64,000 nt of DNA from positions 16-64,015 of the forward strand of contig CAZAHB010000002.1 of NCBI GenBank assembly GCA_964484945.1, written 5' to 3'. The translations under genes were made by a program, and so were the position numbers. Below the pieces are notes generated by a model, which saw only the letters and a list, made by a program, of their open reading frames with translations, ran no database searches and was not told the origin of the DNA. Positions 46,818-56,730 of the stretch are shown piece after piece (the stretch's first letter is position 1; each line of letters starts with the position of its first letter). The stretch comes from an uncultured Armatimonadia bacterium (GTDB lineage Bacteria; Armatimonadota; Zipacnadia; Zipacnadales; UBA5352).

Positions 46818-49088
46818 GTGAAGACGGGTGGATCGGATGCGGGGTTGGTGAGTCGAGTGAAGATCGACAGAATTCTCAGTCTGGACGGGGCGGGGGCATA
46901 CCCGGGGCGCGGTACGATTGACATGGTGATGTACCTGGGGTGCTTCCGAGGGTCGGTCGTGCGGCTGTGGGTCTTTACGGATGCCGAAAGTCCGGTAGTG
47001 CGTATCGATGAGCACCAGTTCGAGGTGGTGGGAGACGCGGGAGAGCGCGAAGGCGGGATGCGGTGGCTGGATCTGGGCGTGACGGATGGACTGGATGCGC
47101 GGTTCGGACAGTTGCGGATCGAAGGCATGACGATGCGCCAGGCGCAGAATGCGAGGCTGTTGATCACGCGGGATGTGGACCTGGAGGTCGAGGGATCGCT
47201 GGGGGATGCCGAGGAGGCTGTGTTCGGGATACGTCGGTGCAACGCCGGGCATACGACCCTCAGTCCGCAGCGCGTGGAGGTGGGGGAGAGCGCGTCATTT
47301 GAGGGCACATACACTGCAGGCGCTGAGGGACTTCCCGCTGGCGCGCGAGTTCGTTTCGCGGTGCCCCGGGCCTTCTCCCGGCCGCAGATGGATGACGCGG
47401 AGACGCCCGGATACACCTCCGTGCAGGGCGTCGGGCCGGGCGGGGAAGAGGTAGACGTGCGGGTGGAGTCGGCCGATCTCTCCGAGGATGGGCACGAGGA
47501 AGTTGACATCATCTGCCTGCTGCCGGAGGGTATAGGAGCCGGTGGGCGCGTGATTGTGCGGTATGAGACGGCGGAGATGTACATCTTCCCGTGGCAGCGC
47601 GATGCGGTTGAGCGGCCGATGTGGTTTGCGCACCTGGCACCGCTGGCGGCGGCCGTGGCGGTGGATGAGCGGAGGCGCTGGGTGGAGCTGTTGCCGGAAA
47701 ACAGTCACGTGTTCGAGACGGTGCACGGGCCGGCCGAGCGCCTGCACCTGATGCTGCCGGGGCAGGTGCATGCGGGCGAGGAGGTCTCGCTGCAGGGGAT
47801 CTTCACCGACCGGTTCCGCAATGTGCCGGACGCGCGCGGGATCCCGTCGCGCGTGCGACTTACGATCGAGGACGAAGCGGGGGAGAGGGGCATGGGAACA
47901 CCGCGCGGGAGGTTCACTGCCCCGCATCGCTTCACGATGCCCCTGGGGCGAATGGACCCGGGTCTGTATCGGATCCGCGCATGGGACGCCGACACCGGTG
48001 ATCTGCTCGCCCGGAGCAATCCGATGCGGGTGCTGAATGAGGATGATGAGCGACTGAATGTGTACTGGGGGGAGATCCACGGGCACACGGAGATGAGCGA
48101 TGGCAGCGGCGGGTTCGAGGCGATGTTCCGCCACGCCCGTGACGAGGGCGCCCAGGATTTCGCTGCAGCCGCCGATCACGCCTGCTACTTCACCGACAAC
48201 GAGTGGGAGTGGATGCAGGATGTGGTGAACTCATTCAACGAGCGCGGGACGTTCGTGGCCTTACTGGGCTATGAGTGGGCCGGCAAGCAGGGCCATCGGT
48301 GTATTTATGCGCGGGGTCGAAGCATGCGGTTGTTTCGGGGGATGTGCGAGGGAGAGGACACGCTGGACGTGGTCTACGATCACTTCCACGACGATGATAC
48401 TGTTGTGGCGGGGCCGCACCATACGGGCGCGAACGGCCGGATGCAGGTCCACGATCCGACGATTGAGCGGTTCATCGAGATCTACTCCATGTGGGGCGCG
48501 AGTGACCGTATCGGCTCACCGAAGGCGCCGTTGTTTCCGGGGAAGCACCCGTTGCCGGCGCACCAGTGGCTGAATGAGGGCGCGAAACTTGGCTTCACGG
48601 GTGGGGGAGACTGCCATGAGGGGAAGAGCGGATGGTCTCCGGAGGATCCTGACGGGCAGGGCACGGCGCTTCACGGCTTTGCGCGGCAGTTGCGCTACCG
48701 CTGCGGGATGACCGCCGCACTGATGCCACAGTTGCGCCGGCGGCATCTGATCGAGGCCCTGCGGGAGCGGAAGACGTGGGCCACGACGGGAGCGCGGATT
48801 CTGCTGGAGTTCGAGGCCTCCGGCGTGCAGATGGGTGATGAGGGGGCAGCGGATACGATCGAGGTGAACGCGACGGTTCACGGCGCCGAAGCCCTGCGGC
48901 GGCTGGAGATTATCCGCGACGGCGAGGTGGTCTGGACCGAGGAGATCGAGGGGCTGGACGCGGAGCTTCAGTGGACCGACCCGGAGCCGGTGGGGGAGAG
49001 GACGACCTGGCTTTACCTGCACGTGATCCAGCGAGACGGCGAGGAGGCGTGGTCCTCGCCGATCTGGTTGACCGCCGGTGACCAGTGA
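46818..49088 (+). CDS. DUF3604-family protein (PHP-like metal-dependent phosphoesterase domain)
   Basis: NVYWGEIHGHTEMSDGSG is the PHP/DUF3604 His-cluster motif. The start is uncertain: GTG at 46818 or ATG at 46923. The ORF-track start at 46584 lies inside a repeat element and is rejected. Confidence 0.5.
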   Translation: MKTGGSDAGLVSRVKIDRILSLDGAGAYPGRGTIDMVMYLGCFRGSVVRLWVFTDAESPVVRIDEHQFEVVGDAGEREGGMRWLDLGVTDGLDARFGQLRIEGMTMRQAQNARLLITRDVDLEVEGSLGDAEEAVFGIRRCNAGHTTLSPQRVEVGESASFEGTYTAGAEGLPAGARVRFAVPRAFSRPQMDDAETPGYTSVQGVGPGGEEVDVRVESADLSEDGHEEVDIICLLPEGIGAGGRVIVRYETAEMYIFPWQRDAVERPMWFAHLAPLAAAVAVDERRRWVELLPENSHVFETVHGPAERLHLMLPGQVHAGEEVSLQGIFTDRFRNVPDARGIPSRVRLTIEDEAGERGMGTPRGRFTAPHRFTMPLGRMDPGLYRIRAWDADTGDLLARSNPMRVLNEDDERLNVYWGEIHGHTEMSDGSGGFEAMFRHARDEGAQDFAAAADHACYFTDNEWEWMQDVVNSFNERGTFVALLGYEWAGKQGHRCIYARGRSMRLFRGMCEGEDTLDVVYDHFHDDDTVVAGPHHTGANGRMQVHDPTIERFIEIYSMWGASDRIGSPKAPLFPGKHPLPAHQWLNEGAKLGFTGGGDCHEGKSGWSPEDPDGQGTALHGFARQLRYRCGMTAALMPQLRRRHLIEALRERKTWATTGARILLEFEASGVQMGDEGAADTIEVNATVHGAEALRRLEIIRDGEVVWTEEIEGLDAELQWTDPEPVGERTTWLYLHVIQRDGEEAWSSPIWLTAGDQ

Positions 49089-49263
49089 ACCTTCGCCTGG
49101 GCTCGTGCTTGACCGATCACCGTGTGGCATGTTGTATTGGTCCCAGAGCAGGGCGCCCGCACGGCGGCGCAGTGTGGAACAAGGGGCCGGTCACGGCGCG
49201 TTAGGACCGGTGAACGGTGTCTTCGACATCGGAGTGTGAGGTTCGGAGCACGCGGATAATGAG

Positions 49264-49923
49264 GTGCAATGGATGAGCACAAAGTGGAAGACCGTGCTGA
49301 TTATCGTGTCTCTTCTGGCGATCATCGGCCTTTTCAACAAGTATGTTCTGAAGATGGATCCCTCGCAGCTTGCGGCGAGGGGTGTAGGGAAGGACCCGCA
49401 CGCACAACAGCATGAGGAGGAGGATCCGGGGGAGCAGGCCAGGGCGATAGCCGAGCAGATGGAAAAGCAGAAACAGATCGTCAAGCCCATCGGGCCTGAG
49501 GATGCCGAGGTGACGATCACGGTCCTGTGGCGGGACATGAGTGATCTGGAGAAAGCTCTTCGGCCGATGATGGAACATGTTGCATCCACGTATGAGGGAC
49601 ATGTGCGCGTGGAGTTTCCCGATCCGAAATCTGATGAGTACAGGCGGCTGGTCACGGACGTGACGAAGGGGGTTGGCTCCGGATTGGTGATCAACGGGGA
49701 GATGATCAAGGAGGTCCCCGACGCGCCGCTGGGGATGATTGCGTTCAGCGGCTCCCCGACCTTTGAGGAGTGGGGTGTGGATGAGGTGCGGCTGGCGGTG
49801 GAGCACGAGCTGATGGAAGCCGGCGTGGAGTTCACACCGAAGCAAGAGCACGACCATAGTGCTCCCTCCGGCCCCGCTCAGTCGCCACGCGCGGGGGATT
49901 CCCACGCCGGGCATGGCCACTGA
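49264..49923 (+). CDS. Membrane-anchored hypothetical protein with His-rich C-terminus
   Basis: N-terminal TM helix KTVLIIVSLLAIIGLF. The C-terminal tail is HDHSAPSGPAQSPRAGDSHAGHGH. Confidence 0.4.
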   Translation: MQWMSTKWKTVLIIVSLLAIIGLFNKYVLKMDPSQLAARGVGKDPHAQQHEEEDPGEQARAIAEQMEKQKQIVKPIGPEDAEVTITVLWRDMSDLEKALRPMMEHVASTYEGHVRVEFPDPKSDEYRRLVTDVTKGVGSGLVINGEMIKEVPDAPLGMIAFSGSPTFEEWGVDEVRLAVEHELMEAGVEFTPKQEHDHSAPSGPAQSPRAGDSHAGHGH

Positions 49924-50066
49924 TCGGCGAGGGCCACCATCCATTCGCACGACAATGACGCGACTTTCAGCGGGCGAGGGTCCGGCGGGCCTTCGCCCGG
50001 CGCGAGCCACAAGGGCCGCATTCTGTCCGATCAAACGTAGAGACAGCTTATCAGGGAGAGATTATC

Positions 50067-51941
50067 GTGCGTAAGTCAGCAGGGCTGGTCGCAGCAGCAG
50101 CACTTCTCGGGATTGTGTTCGCCGCGAGCGCATGCAGCGCGGAGTTGACGCGTCACGACCTGGGGCGAACGGTCAAGTTCAAGGTCCTGGTGGACAAGGT
50201 CATGCAGCCGGAAGCGGGATGGCACACCGAACAGTGGATGGTACAGGAGGCGGCCGCAGCCGGCTTTAATGTCTTCTGCCCGCGGCGCGCCCGGGACCTG
50301 GAGGAAGTTCGCAAGGTGACGCAATGGTGTGAACAGGAGGGTATGCTGCACATCCCGTGGATGCGCGGGACGCTGAATGCCTCGCTCGATGACGAGGCGG
50401 CCGATGGCAAACGACTGGTCTGGGCGTCGGGGCTGGAAAGCTCGCTGTGGAGCCCCAACTCGGATGAGTTCTGGGAGTGGACCAACGAGAAGATTCTGTC
50501 CTACGCGAAGATCAGCGCGGAGATGCCGACACTTTTCGGCGTGTTCCTCGATTACGAGAACTACGCAGAGGGCTCGAACTGCTACCGGCTTTCGTATGAT
50601 GATATCATCATGGGCAAGTTCGCCGAGGCGCAGGGCATCGAGCTTCCCGAACTTGCGCTGGATGAGCGCGCGCAGTGGCTGAAGGATCAGGGCCTGCACG
50701 ATGCGTTCGAGGCCTTCCAGGTCGCGCACTGGCGCGAGCGCTGCCGGACACTGCGGGAGGCCGTTGACGAGATCGACCCGGAGTTCATGTTCATGATCTA
50801 CCCCGCGCCGGGGACGAAGTTCATGACAGAGGCATGCTACCCGGAGTGGGCCACCGAGCAGGCGCCGCTGATTCTGGCGGATGCAAGTACGTATGGCCGC
50901 GCAGCGGTCCTGCCGCATAAGCAGGCGCTGAGGGCAAATCGCAACAAGCTCGTGGAGCGGCAGGAGTCTGCGATGGAGATGGGGGAGAACCTGCTTTACA
51001 CCGGCGGGATCGACCCTGTGGTCAAGGGCGCGGACCCGGAGTTTTCGGGCCGCAACGCGGCGATGATCATGCACGTCACCGACGGCTACTGGATCTTCTA
51101 CGAGGGCCCCGAATATGAGGGCACGCACCCGGACTACTTCAAGTGGTTCGCGCGGGCGCATGAGGCGGCGGAGGACGAGAACTGGGACTGGGCGTGGGAG
51201 GAGCGCCAGACGCCCGACACCTACGGACTGGACGATTTGCAGATCGAGCACCCGGACAGGAAACAGCTTATCGTCTATGGCGCGAAGAAGCCGTTCCTGG
51301 CGACACTGCGCGCGAATGATGAGTACGAGGTCCACGAGATGGCCGGCGCGTCGCTGAGCTACTTCGAGGCGGCCGATGTGGTGATCCTGCAGAACTTCAA
51401 CGAGTCGCTCGATCGCGATGCACCGTTTGTGCAGATGCTGCAGGCTTACGTGGATCAGGGCGGCGGGCTGATGCTGGCGCACGATACCGCGTGGTTCATG
51501 GCGAGTCCCTTCCCGGAGATCGCGAAACGGGGCTACCCGACGCAGAAGGTCGAGGCCGAGCGGCACGTGGCGGAGGTGGACCTGGTCATCGGGGATGTGC
51601 ACCATCCGGCACTGCGCGGGGTCGAGGCCGGGACGACCTTCTATCCGGAGTTCCGCGACCACATGATCTTCCGCCCCGGTGAGTACGGCACAACGCTGGT
51701 GCGGAACGTGTTCGATGACCCGGTGTACGTTGCCGGCGAGGCGGGGCAGGGGCGCGTGATCTTCGCGGGCTCCTACTTCGGCTACAGCAACCAGCTTGAA
51801 GGCGCCGAACGCGAACTTCTGTGGGCGAATCTCGACTGGCTGGCCGGTGAGGGGCCGAGCTACGGGCGGCCAATCATGATGGACCGGGATGAGGGCCCGC
51901 ACCCGGCGGTGAAGTGGAGCGATCGGCCGGGATTCGAATAG
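50067..51941 (+). CDS. Secreted hypothetical protein with C-terminal ThuA/class-I glutamine amidotransferase-like domain
   Basis: Signal peptide MRKSAGLVAAAALLGIVFAASA. The C-terminal ADVVILQNFNESLD...AYVDQGGGLMLAHDTAWF resembles ThuA-like domains. The N-terminal half is GH-like. Confidence 0.45.
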   Translation: MRKSAGLVAAAALLGIVFAASACSAELTRHDLGRTVKFKVLVDKVMQPEAGWHTEQWMVQEAAAAGFNVFCPRRARDLEEVRKVTQWCEQEGMLHIPWMRGTLNASLDDEAADGKRLVWASGLESSLWSPNSDEFWEWTNEKILSYAKISAEMPTLFGVFLDYENYAEGSNCYRLSYDDIIMGKFAEAQGIELPELALDERAQWLKDQGLHDAFEAFQVAHWRERCRTLREAVDEIDPEFMFMIYPAPGTKFMTEACYPEWATEQAPLILADASTYGRAAVLPHKQALRANRNKLVERQESAMEMGENLLYTGGIDPVVKGADPEFSGRNAAMIMHVTDGYWIFYEGPEYEGTHPDYFKWFARAHEAAEDENWDWAWEERQTPDTYGLDDLQIEHPDRKQLIVYGAKKPFLATLRANDEYEVHEMAGASLSYFEAADVVILQNFNESLDRDAPFVQMLQAYVDQGGGLMLAHDTAWFMASPFPEIAKRGYPTQKVEAERHVAEVDLVIGDVHHPALRGVEAGTTFYPEFRDHMIFRPGEYGTTLVRNVFDDPVYVAGEAGQGRVIFAGSYFGYSNQLEGAERELLWANLDWLAGEGPSYGRPIMMDRDEGPHPAVKWSDRPGFE

Positions 51942-52009
51942 CGACGAGCTGCGAGCGACGAGCGACAAGCAAACGACAAAGGCAACGGCATCGCTCGGGG
52001 ATGGGCGGT

Positions 52010-52110
52010 GCCGTTGTCGTTGGAGAGGCCGGCCCCCGTGCCGGCCTGTGCCGTTCGTCGTCGAGCCGTTTGGAGAGAGCGGGGCTACGACCCCGCCCGG
52101 CCGCTGTCCC
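52010..52110. repeat. Repeat family 2, tandem/degenerate copy
   Basis: gccgttgtcgttggagaggccggcccccgtgccggcctgtgccgttcgtcgtcgagccgtttggagagagcggggctacgaccccgcccgg. Confidence 0.4.
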
Positions 52111-52581
52111 GGACGGGGAATTTTTCACACGGGAGGGAACACGCAAGCTGCTTCGCCGCCTGAAGAGACTGCGAGACATAGTTGCCCATGGTGAGCTTCT
52201 CGGTCAGGATGATAGTGCAGAGCTGACAGAGTTGCGAGGCACCCTGCTGCAAAATGGTTTTCTTCAGCGGTACTTCGAGGCACTGTTGGGATCATCATAG
52301 CGCGGGCTCGGACGGAGCGACGCTGCGCTGCGTGCAGGTTGTTGGCCCTTCCAGACGATTGGGCAACAGCAGCGACAACGGCAAAAGGACCGGGCGGGGT
52401 CGTAGCGACCCTGTGGGGTTACCTCTTCAAGAGGGCTGAGCAATGGAACCAAGGCTCCGCCGGGGCGATCGCAGGGAATCGCGAGGCCGCGGGAGGCAGT
52501 GTAATGCCTCCCCTCCAGACGGCTGAGCGAACGGCGCGCGGGTCCCGCCCGTGGGCGGGATGCCACGTAACGGCAACGACG

Positions 52582-53946
52582 TTAACTCATCGCCATCCCC
52601 GCGACCTCGAGTATGACCGCTTCCGCGATGGCCTTCGTGGTCTCGCAGGACGTGCGGGCAGTCGCGTCTCCGCTGGCAAGGAAATCCGCGCCGATACAGC
52701 CGCTGCACAGAGGGGCCGCCCAGCACTGCGAACACTCAGAATGCGCGTCCCTGTCACACGCGTTGACCACCGGCGCGACCTCCGACAGGCGCTCGTCGGT
52801 GATGCGACCGTCCTCGGTGAACCGCGCCACGCGGAAGTCGTCCTCGCCCGCGAACATGAAGCACGGGTACAGGTATCCCTCCGGGTCGATCGCCATCGTG
52901 CCTGAGCCGGCGGGGCAGTAGGCCGCGATCGGCTCACGGGTGCGCAGGGCGTCCATCACCCGCCAGGAGAAGCTGTTCGCGCGGGCGCGGCCCTCGATGA
53001 GCTGCTGCACCGAGTACCGCGCGGCCTCCGCGTACACCTCGGCCTTCACCTCGTCGGGGAGGTAGAGCGCGCTGCCCTCGGGCGCGGATACGTGGGCGAT
53101 GTGCGTGACGCCGCGGTCGTAGCGCTCGGAGAAGAAGTCGATGAGGTCCACCACCGAGATGCCCTGCTCGAGGTGCTCGGGGGTGTACGTGCACTCGAAG
53201 TCCACCGCGATGTCGCCTGCGTCGAGGCAGCGGCGGGCGAACTCGTCGGCGGCCTCGAAGCTACCCTCCCCGCGCAGCGCGTCATGCACCTGCGGCGGGC
53301 CGTCGATGCTGATCGTGGCTGAGATGTCGTAGCGCCGCATCATCTCCATGGGGCCCTCGCCGCCGAGCACTCCGTTCGTGACCATCGCGAAGCGCGGAAG
53401 TTCGTCGATGTGCCCCTCATCGCGGAGGGCCCTGCAGTACTCGCACACCTGGAACATCAGCTTCGGATTCAGGAGCGGCTCGCCGCCGAAGAACTGGATC
53501 GTGCGCACGCCGCCGAAGTTGCCCACCGCCCAGTTGATCGCGGTCATGGCGATCTCGCGCGGCATGTCATCGCGGGGGCGGCCGTAGCAGCCACCGTCGG
53601 CGTAGCAGTACACGCAGCGGAGGTTGCAGTCGTGGGTGACGTGCAGCACCAGGCGGTTGAGGCGCCCGTCCTCGCAATCGCAGTTGTCGCGCGAGGCTGC
53701 GCCGGGGTCCTCGGGAAGGTCTGCAAGCTGCGAGACAGCTTCTTCCGGACACTGCTCCGCGCAGGAAAGGTCCTCGCACGCGTCAGGATCGGCCTCAGTG
53801 ATTTGCGGCAGGTCAGGGAGGGGGTTGCCCGCCTGCAGTGCCGCCAGCGTCTCCTCGTGCAATCCGAGCGCGAGCATAGTATCTGGCAGGAAGACCGCGT
53901 GGCGGTCGCCGTCCGATATGAGGTGTGCGGATGGGCGCGTGTTCAA
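52582..53946 (-). CDS. Radical SAM/SPASM-domain protein (peptide/protein-modifying maturase type) with about 100-aa Cys-containing N-terminal extension
   Basis: The radical SAM motif is HDCNLRCVYCYADGG (CxxxCxxC). The C-terminal SPASM is CPAGSGTMAIDPEGYLYPC...CSQCWAAPLCSGCIG. The N-terminal extension carries CEDLSCAEQCPEE...DNCDCEDG. It lies directly downstream of two CXXX-repeat Tat proteins. Confidence 0.85.
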   Translation of the reverse strand: MNTRPSAHLISDGDRHAVFLPDTMLALGLHEETLAALQAGNPLPDLPQITEADPDACEDLSCAEQCPEEAVSQLADLPEDPGAASRDNCDCEDGRLNRLVLHVTHDCNLRCVYCYADGGCYGRPRDDMPREIAMTAINWAVGNFGGVRTIQFFGGEPLLNPKLMFQVCEYCRALRDEGHIDELPRFAMVTNGVLGGEGPMEMMRRYDISATISIDGPPQVHDALRGEGSFEAADEFARRCLDAGDIAVDFECTYTPEHLEQGISVVDLIDFFSERYDRGVTHIAHVSAPEGSALYLPDEVKAEVYAEAARYSVQQLIEGRARANSFSWRVMDALRTREPIAAYCPAGSGTMAIDPEGYLYPCFMFAGEDDFRVARFTEDGRITDERLSEVAPVVNACDRDAHSECSQCWAAPLCSGCIGADFLASGDATARTSCETTKAIAEAVILEVAGMAMS

Positions 53947-54119
53947 GGCTTCCGGAGCGCTCCTTCGTCATGCCCATAACGGATGGAACGGGAGTGGGCA
54001 ATCGGCAATTGGGAATTACGGCAAATGCATACGACACGGCGACGGGCAGGATGCCCGTCCTGCAAACGGCTGCATCGGAAGCAACAGCGGCAACGAAATG
54101 CCGGCGATCGCCGGGCTCT

Positions 54120-54926
54120 TCAGCCCTCGCGCTCGAAGGGACCGCCGAGATCGGTGTCAAAAGCCTTGTCCGCGTTGCGCATCGCGGCGGAGAGGCGCTT
54201 CATGGAGAGGCCCTTGAATTTGATGCCCTTCGTGGCCACGCCCTCGCGGTCGAAGCTGGTCTGCTTCAGGCCGGTGGCAGGACAGCCGCCGCCGCAGATG
54301 ATCCCCGCGGCATCGACGCCCGGGCAGCCCTGACCGCAATCGCCGCCACAGGCGAAGCCTCCCGTGATCGCGGACATGCAGCCACTGCCGCAGCCCGTTC
54401 CACAGCCGTTGCCACAGCCGTTGCCAAGGGCGCGGGGGCCGCCACCCTGATCGGGCGTCACGCCCTGCTCGCGGATGGCGTCCATCCCCGCGCCGAGGGT
54501 GCCGAAGAGCCTCGCGAGATTATTGCCGAGATTCGGCGCCTCCTTGAAGCGCTGGCGGAGCTGGAGGATGATCACACCGGCCAGCCAGTCGGCGTGGTTC
54601 TGGTCGGCGAATACCTCCGCCCACGATTCCGCGGGTGCGTTGGTGTCGGTGTATGCGGCGATCTGTTCATAAGCTTCCCTGTATTCCTCCACGCCGGCGA
54701 CGTTCGCGCTTTCGGGAAGCTCCATCGGGATGTTCTCGACTGTCGGTTTCATCCGCTCCTGTGGTCCGGTGCGGATATCGCGCTGCGCGTCCGCAACGGA
54801 AGTCAGTCCGGCAATGGCGGCGAGTGCGCCACCGCCGACCATCCCGGCCTGTTTGAGGAACTCGCGTCGGTCCGTCGTCTCGTCAGGTTCGTCAGTTGTC
54901 TCGTCTGTGCGCACGTCTTCCTCCAC
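54120..54926 (-). CDS. Tat-signal exported protein with C-terminal CXXX-repeat cysteine cluster (candidate radical-SAM substrate), paralogue B
   Basis: Twin-arginine motif TDRREFLKQAGMVGGGALAAIAGLTSVADA. The Cys cluster is GNGCGNGCGTGCGSGCMSAITGGFACGGDCGQGCPGVDAAGIICGGGCPATG, with Cys at every 4th position within three blocks. Confidence 0.7.
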   Translation of the reverse strand: MEEDVRTDETTDEPDETTDRREFLKQAGMVGGGALAAIAGLTSVADAQRDIRTGPQERMKPTVENIPMELPESANVAGVEEYREAYEQIAAYTDTNAPAESWAEVFADQNHADWLAGVIILQLRQRFKEAPNLGNNLARLFGTLGAGMDAIREQGVTPDQGGGPRALGNGCGNGCGTGCGSGCMSAITGGFACGGDCGQGCPGVDAAGIICGGGCPATGLKQTSFDREGVATKGIKFKGLSMKRLSAAMRNADKAFDTDLGGPFEREG

Positions 54927-54997
54927 GGTTCTTCCTCCTCAGGTGCGCTGATGCGGCAAAATGACGACGAACGACCTGGTGAGGGGCGGTAGCAATC

Positions 54998-55840
54998 TCA
55001 GCGACCGAACACCTCGCTATACGCACGGTCTGCGTTGCGCATGGCCGCGCTCGTAGCCCGCATGTCGAGACCTTTGAGTCTTACGTCCTTAAGCGCAATT
55101 CCTTCGCGGTCGAAGCTTACCTGTTTGAGGCCGGTGGCATCGCATCCTCCACCGCACATCAGGCCCGCGGCCTCGGCGCCGTTGCAGCCCTGGCCGCAAC
55201 CATCGCCGCAGATGAAGCCGCTTGCGACCGCGGACATGCAGCCTGTTCCACAGCCATTGCCACAGCCGGTGCCGCAACCGTTGCCGAGGGCCCGAACGTC
55301 CGCTATGAATCCGCCGCGACTTTCGCGCGAACCGGTGCCCGTCGCATGAGGGCCGCCACCGGCGCCCGCCCCCGTGCTGACTCGGTCACCCGGCATGACG
55401 CTCTCCATACCCGCCGCGAGTGTGCTGAAGAGCACGACGAGGTTTCTGCCGACATTCGGGGATTCTTTGAAGCGCTGACGCATCTCCAGGATCGCCACTC
55501 CGCCGACACGGTCCGGGGGGGACATGTTGGCCATGGTCTCAGCCCACGACGGTGCCGGGCCCTGTGTGTCTGTGTACTCCTTGATTCTCGCGAACGCCTT
55601 CTTGAATTCTTCCACACTTGCTACGTCCGGCGCCTTGATGAAGTTCTCCGGGATGCGTGGCTTCATGCGGCTCTCCGGCAGCGTCCGGATGTCGCCCTGT
55701 GCGTCCGCCGCTGAAGCCAGTCCGGCGAGTGTCGCAAGGGCTCCTCCGCCGACCATCCCGGCCTGTTTGAGAAACTCGCGTCGGTCCGTCTGATCGTGGG
55801 TTTCGTCAGTGGCTTCTTCTTCGTGCGTATCCCTGCCCAT
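54998..55840 (-). CDS. Tat-signal exported protein with C-terminal CXXX-repeat cysteine cluster, paralogue A
   Basis: Tat motif TDRREFLKQAGMVGGGALATLAGLASAADA. The Cys cluster is GNGCGTGCGNGCGTGCMSAVASGFICGDGCGQGCNGAEAAGLMCGGGCDATG. It is colinear with paralogue B and has an extra Gly/Ser-rich insertion. Confidence 0.7.
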   Translation of the reverse strand: MGRDTHEEEATDETHDQTDRREFLKQAGMVGGGALATLAGLASAADAQGDIRTLPESRMKPRIPENFIKAPDVASVEEFKKAFARIKEYTDTQGPAPSWAETMANMSPPDRVGGVAILEMRQRFKESPNVGRNLVVLFSTLAAGMESVMPGDRVSTGAGAGGGPHATGTGSRESRGGFIADVRALGNGCGTGCGNGCGTGCMSAVASGFICGDGCGQGCNGAEAAGLMCGGGCDATGLKQVSFDREGIALKDVRLKGLDMRATSAAMRNADRAYSEVFGR

Positions 55841-56085
55841 GTGTCTTCCTCCTCAGAAGCGCGATTGGCCTGTCGAAAATGCACCATCTGAGTTAACTTT
55901 ACGGGCTCATCGAATTCCTCCTGCCGGGAATCAATATCCGGTGTTTGCAGGGAGGCAATGAGCATGGTCATTCGCGAGTTCATTCACCAATAATTAACAT
56001 CAAAAGACTGTTCCACGAATTGTCTTTCGGTTAGACTAATTTAATTGACAGGAAGAGCTTACCAATCGACAGGAGGGCGCAGTCC

Positions 56086-56691
56086 ATGAGGCGACGAGGG
56101 TTTACCCTAATCGAATTGCTGGTTGTGATTGCGATTATCGCGATCCTGGCCGCAATCCTGTTCCCGGTTTTCGCCCGGGCGCGGGAGAAGGCCCGACAAT
56201 CGAGTTGTTCGAGTAACGTCAAGCAGATTTGTCTGGCGGTGCACATGTACGTCCAGGACTACGATGAGAGGATGCCCATGGCGGTTGCCGGTGTTCCGCC
56301 GGCGATCTGGACATTCGAGGAGCTGCTCAATCCGTACATCAAGAACGAGCAGCTCTGGGACTGCCCCAGCAAGCCGCGGTCGGTAGACCTGTCGCAGCTT
56401 GGAAAGCCTAATGTGAGCTACATGGTCGATGTCGGTACACCATTCCCGTCAGGATCGAGCACAGGTCGCCTGTTCGGCGCACCGGCGGCAGGGACGTCCT
56501 CATGCAGCCTGGCCCAGATCGAGCAGCCGGCCACTACTCCGATCATGTGTGATGCAGAGGGCTCTGTAGATGCCTCCTTCACAATCGACATCAGCGAGGC
56601 TCCGCGGCATAATGACGGCTGCAACTACGGCTTTGCGGACGGTCACGTAAAGTGGGATCGACCCGAGAAGATTGATATCAGACTGGAGTAG
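56086..56691 (+). CDS. Prepilin-type N-terminal cleavage/methylation domain protein (DUF1559)
   Basis: N-terminus [38 protein letters not shown]. The C-terminal [13 protein letters not shown] is H-X9-DG. Confidence 0.85.
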   Translation: MRRRGFTLIELLVVIAIIAILAAILFPVFARAREKARQSSCSSNVKQICLAVHMYVQDYDERMPMAVAGVPPAIWTFEELLNPYIKNEQLWDCPSKPRSVDLSQLGKPNVSYMVDVGTPFPSGSSTGRLFGAPAAGTSSCSLAQIEQPATTPIMCDAEGSVDASFTIDISEAPRHNDGCNYGFADGHVKWDRPEKIDIRLE

Positions 56692-56730
56692 CAGGTCGGG
56701 AAGGGGACCCTGAAAAGGCAACGACGACGG

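Noticed and set aside
52582-53946. Interpreting the radical SAM/SPASM protein as the anaerobic sulfatase-maturating enzyme for the Cys-type sulfatase at 34488.
   Set aside because: Not excluded, but considered less likely as the primary role. The gene is 17 kb from the sulfatase and carries an about 100-aa Cys-containing N-terminal extension atypical of anSME. It is immediately preceded by two CXXX-repeat Tat proteins. The question is kept as an explicit test in the main finding.
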